From contig NC_135804.1 in the NCBI RefSeq assembly GCF_964213995.1, forward strand, positions 93,558,001 to 93,622,000: DNA of 64,000 bases. The letters run 5' to 3'. Positions 62,450 through 64,000 of this stretch are shown piece by piece. Numbering within the stretch: position 1 is the first letter of the stretch; each line of letters opens with the position of its first letter. This stretch comes from Mustelus asterias (Eukaryota). The position numbers and the translations under genes are program-made. The notes under the pieces were generated by a model. That model was not told the origin of the DNA. It made no database searches and saw only the letters and a program-made list of their open reading frames with translations.

Positions 62450-64000
62450 CAGCATCCATGCCCACGCTGTGCAACTAGAGCTTCTTAACCTTTCTAACCC
62501 TGCTGCTACATCTTGGTGCATCCCTTTCATCAGCAACGGAGGTGGATGAATGTTTGCCAGGCTCTGTTGCAATGATCTTCTCAGACATCTTTTGTAGAAC
62601 CAAGACTTCTTTCAGAGTCTTGCTGTGTGACTGTACTACCATCCTCGGCCTGGTGGGCTGATGCTGATGTGGGTACAGGAAGAGGGGATTTGGATGGGTG
62701 AGACACTCCCAGAGTTAGTTGGGTGTATGGCCCCAGGGTGTGTACTTGCTGATTCTCCTCTCCATGGATGTCGAAGGGCCCATGGCTTCCTCCTTGGGAT
62801 TAAGGAGCAGCTGGAGTGAGCTCAAGAAGCCCCGTTCTCCTCTGGCATTGGCACTGATGGATCGTAGCATGTATCTGCACCATGGAGTGCATGTTTTGCA
62901 GCAGTGCAGGACAAAAGTCTTGCACTATGGTCTCCATGGCAGCCAACTCCCTCGCTGTGTTGACCTCTTTGTGTTAGAGTGCCAGTAGACATAAGGTGGA
63001 CAAGTCTCCTCCATGGAGCCTTTCAATCCGAGTAGTGTGCCAGACATCCCTTCCTGATTTTCCTTCCTTGCTGTTGAAGCTTCAGTAAGTGAGGCATGAC
63101 CAAGTCCAGAGGCTCGTCATTTAACTGTGACTCGGCGGATTCCTGACCTCCAGCAATCCTCCGAGTTCCCGCTCTCTGGGATGTCCCTGCCCCCGCCTGC
63201 TCTGGATCAGACAGATTGTGACCCCAAGGGTGCTCTAAAACTGGGTACCATGAAGGTGTGTCTCTGTGCTGGTGGAGAGTGTGGGTGAGTGCTGTGATGG
63301 CTCTTCCATTTTGGGCTCTGTGAATCCCTCTTCTGCTTTGCTCTCAGGGCTGGTGTGAGGCTGGTGGACCCACTCAGCTGCTTCCCAGTTGTGTCTCTGA
63401 AAGAAAGGAGAGGTCATTAGTGCATGACAGGGGCCTGAGAAACAGAAGAGATGTCACAGCATTGTTGTCTGAGGAATGGTGCCATGCTGGAACCTCATCA
63501 CTGACCTCACCATCAGCACCTCTTCCTCGGCCAGCTGAATGGCTCTGTCATCAACGTCCATGAGGATCTGCAGCTCTGGCATCCCTCCACCCATCTGTGA
63601 TCCTTCCCTCTTGTTGTGAGCCAACTTGTCCTGTATGAAGACAGACAGAGAGTGTAAGTGGGACGCGTGCCAGGATAGATGATAAAGATGCCTGACGTGT
63701 GTGGATGATGAGTGGGAGCAGTGAGGTGATGAGGAGACAACCCACAGGGGAGATGAAGATGTGTGTGTGGGAGAGTTAGTGGTGCTGCTTCTTCAGCTGG
63801 TAGTGAGAGAGATCCTTGCGGATGTGGAATGGTGTTTGAGTGTGTGTTAATGATGAGAAATAATGAGAGGAGTAACTTACCTTAAATGCTGGAAGAGGAT
63901 GAATGATCTCCTCCATTCTGCCAGGGCGTTAGCGCTGACAACCACTTTAACCGCCTCCCATGCTGGGTTAGTGATCTGCAGGTCTTTGCCCAAAGCATGG
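62450..64000 (-). pseudogene. Harbinger Myb/SANT-like partner gene remnant with introns
   Basis: ITNPAWEAVKVVVSANAL; donor AAG|GTAAGT (~63880); acceptor ACAG| at 63630 opening DKLAHNKREGSQMGGGMPELQIL; acceptor TTTCAG| at 63396. Left boundary approximate. Confidence 0.7.

Larger units (their letters stand above)
57896..64000. mobile_element. Decayed two-gene PIF/Harbinger element (right end beyond window)
   Basis: Left TIR GGCCAGGATTTT (same as the 33889-33903 terminus); transposase on +, convergent Myb/SANT partner on -. Confidence 0.75.

Overview
Repeat-rich vertebrate genomic DNA, most likely from a shark (inferred from HE1/V-SINE-like, CR1 and DeuSINE-like repeats). The only host gene is ARHGEF9 (collybistin) on the minus strand. 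Four coding exons are present with canonical AG/GT sites and compatible phases: SH3 exon 40251-40072, then 8689-8498, 6246-6067 and 4191-3959 (DH domain). The first exon and the PH-domain exons were not identified in the window. The rest is intron filled with nested transposons: CR1, L2 and Rex1 LINE fragments, tRNA-derived SINEs, solo LTRs, several PIF/Harbinger elements (decayed transposase plus Myb/SANT partner, and TIR-bounded derivatives carrying GC-rich VNTRs), a 6.5-kb hAT derivative enclosing a CA/CT minisatellite, and a 200-N gap. The most striking signal is a set of Penelope-like (PLE) insertions from at least two families. Four are fold-back palindromes (76-394 bp arms) with a 33-47 nt one-sided tail and 12-14 bp TSDs, and they carry minimal hammerhead-ribozyme motifs. 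One family has a U3-A8 compensatory core. Repeat boundaries and identities were judged by eye and are approximate unless TSD/TIR coordinates are given.
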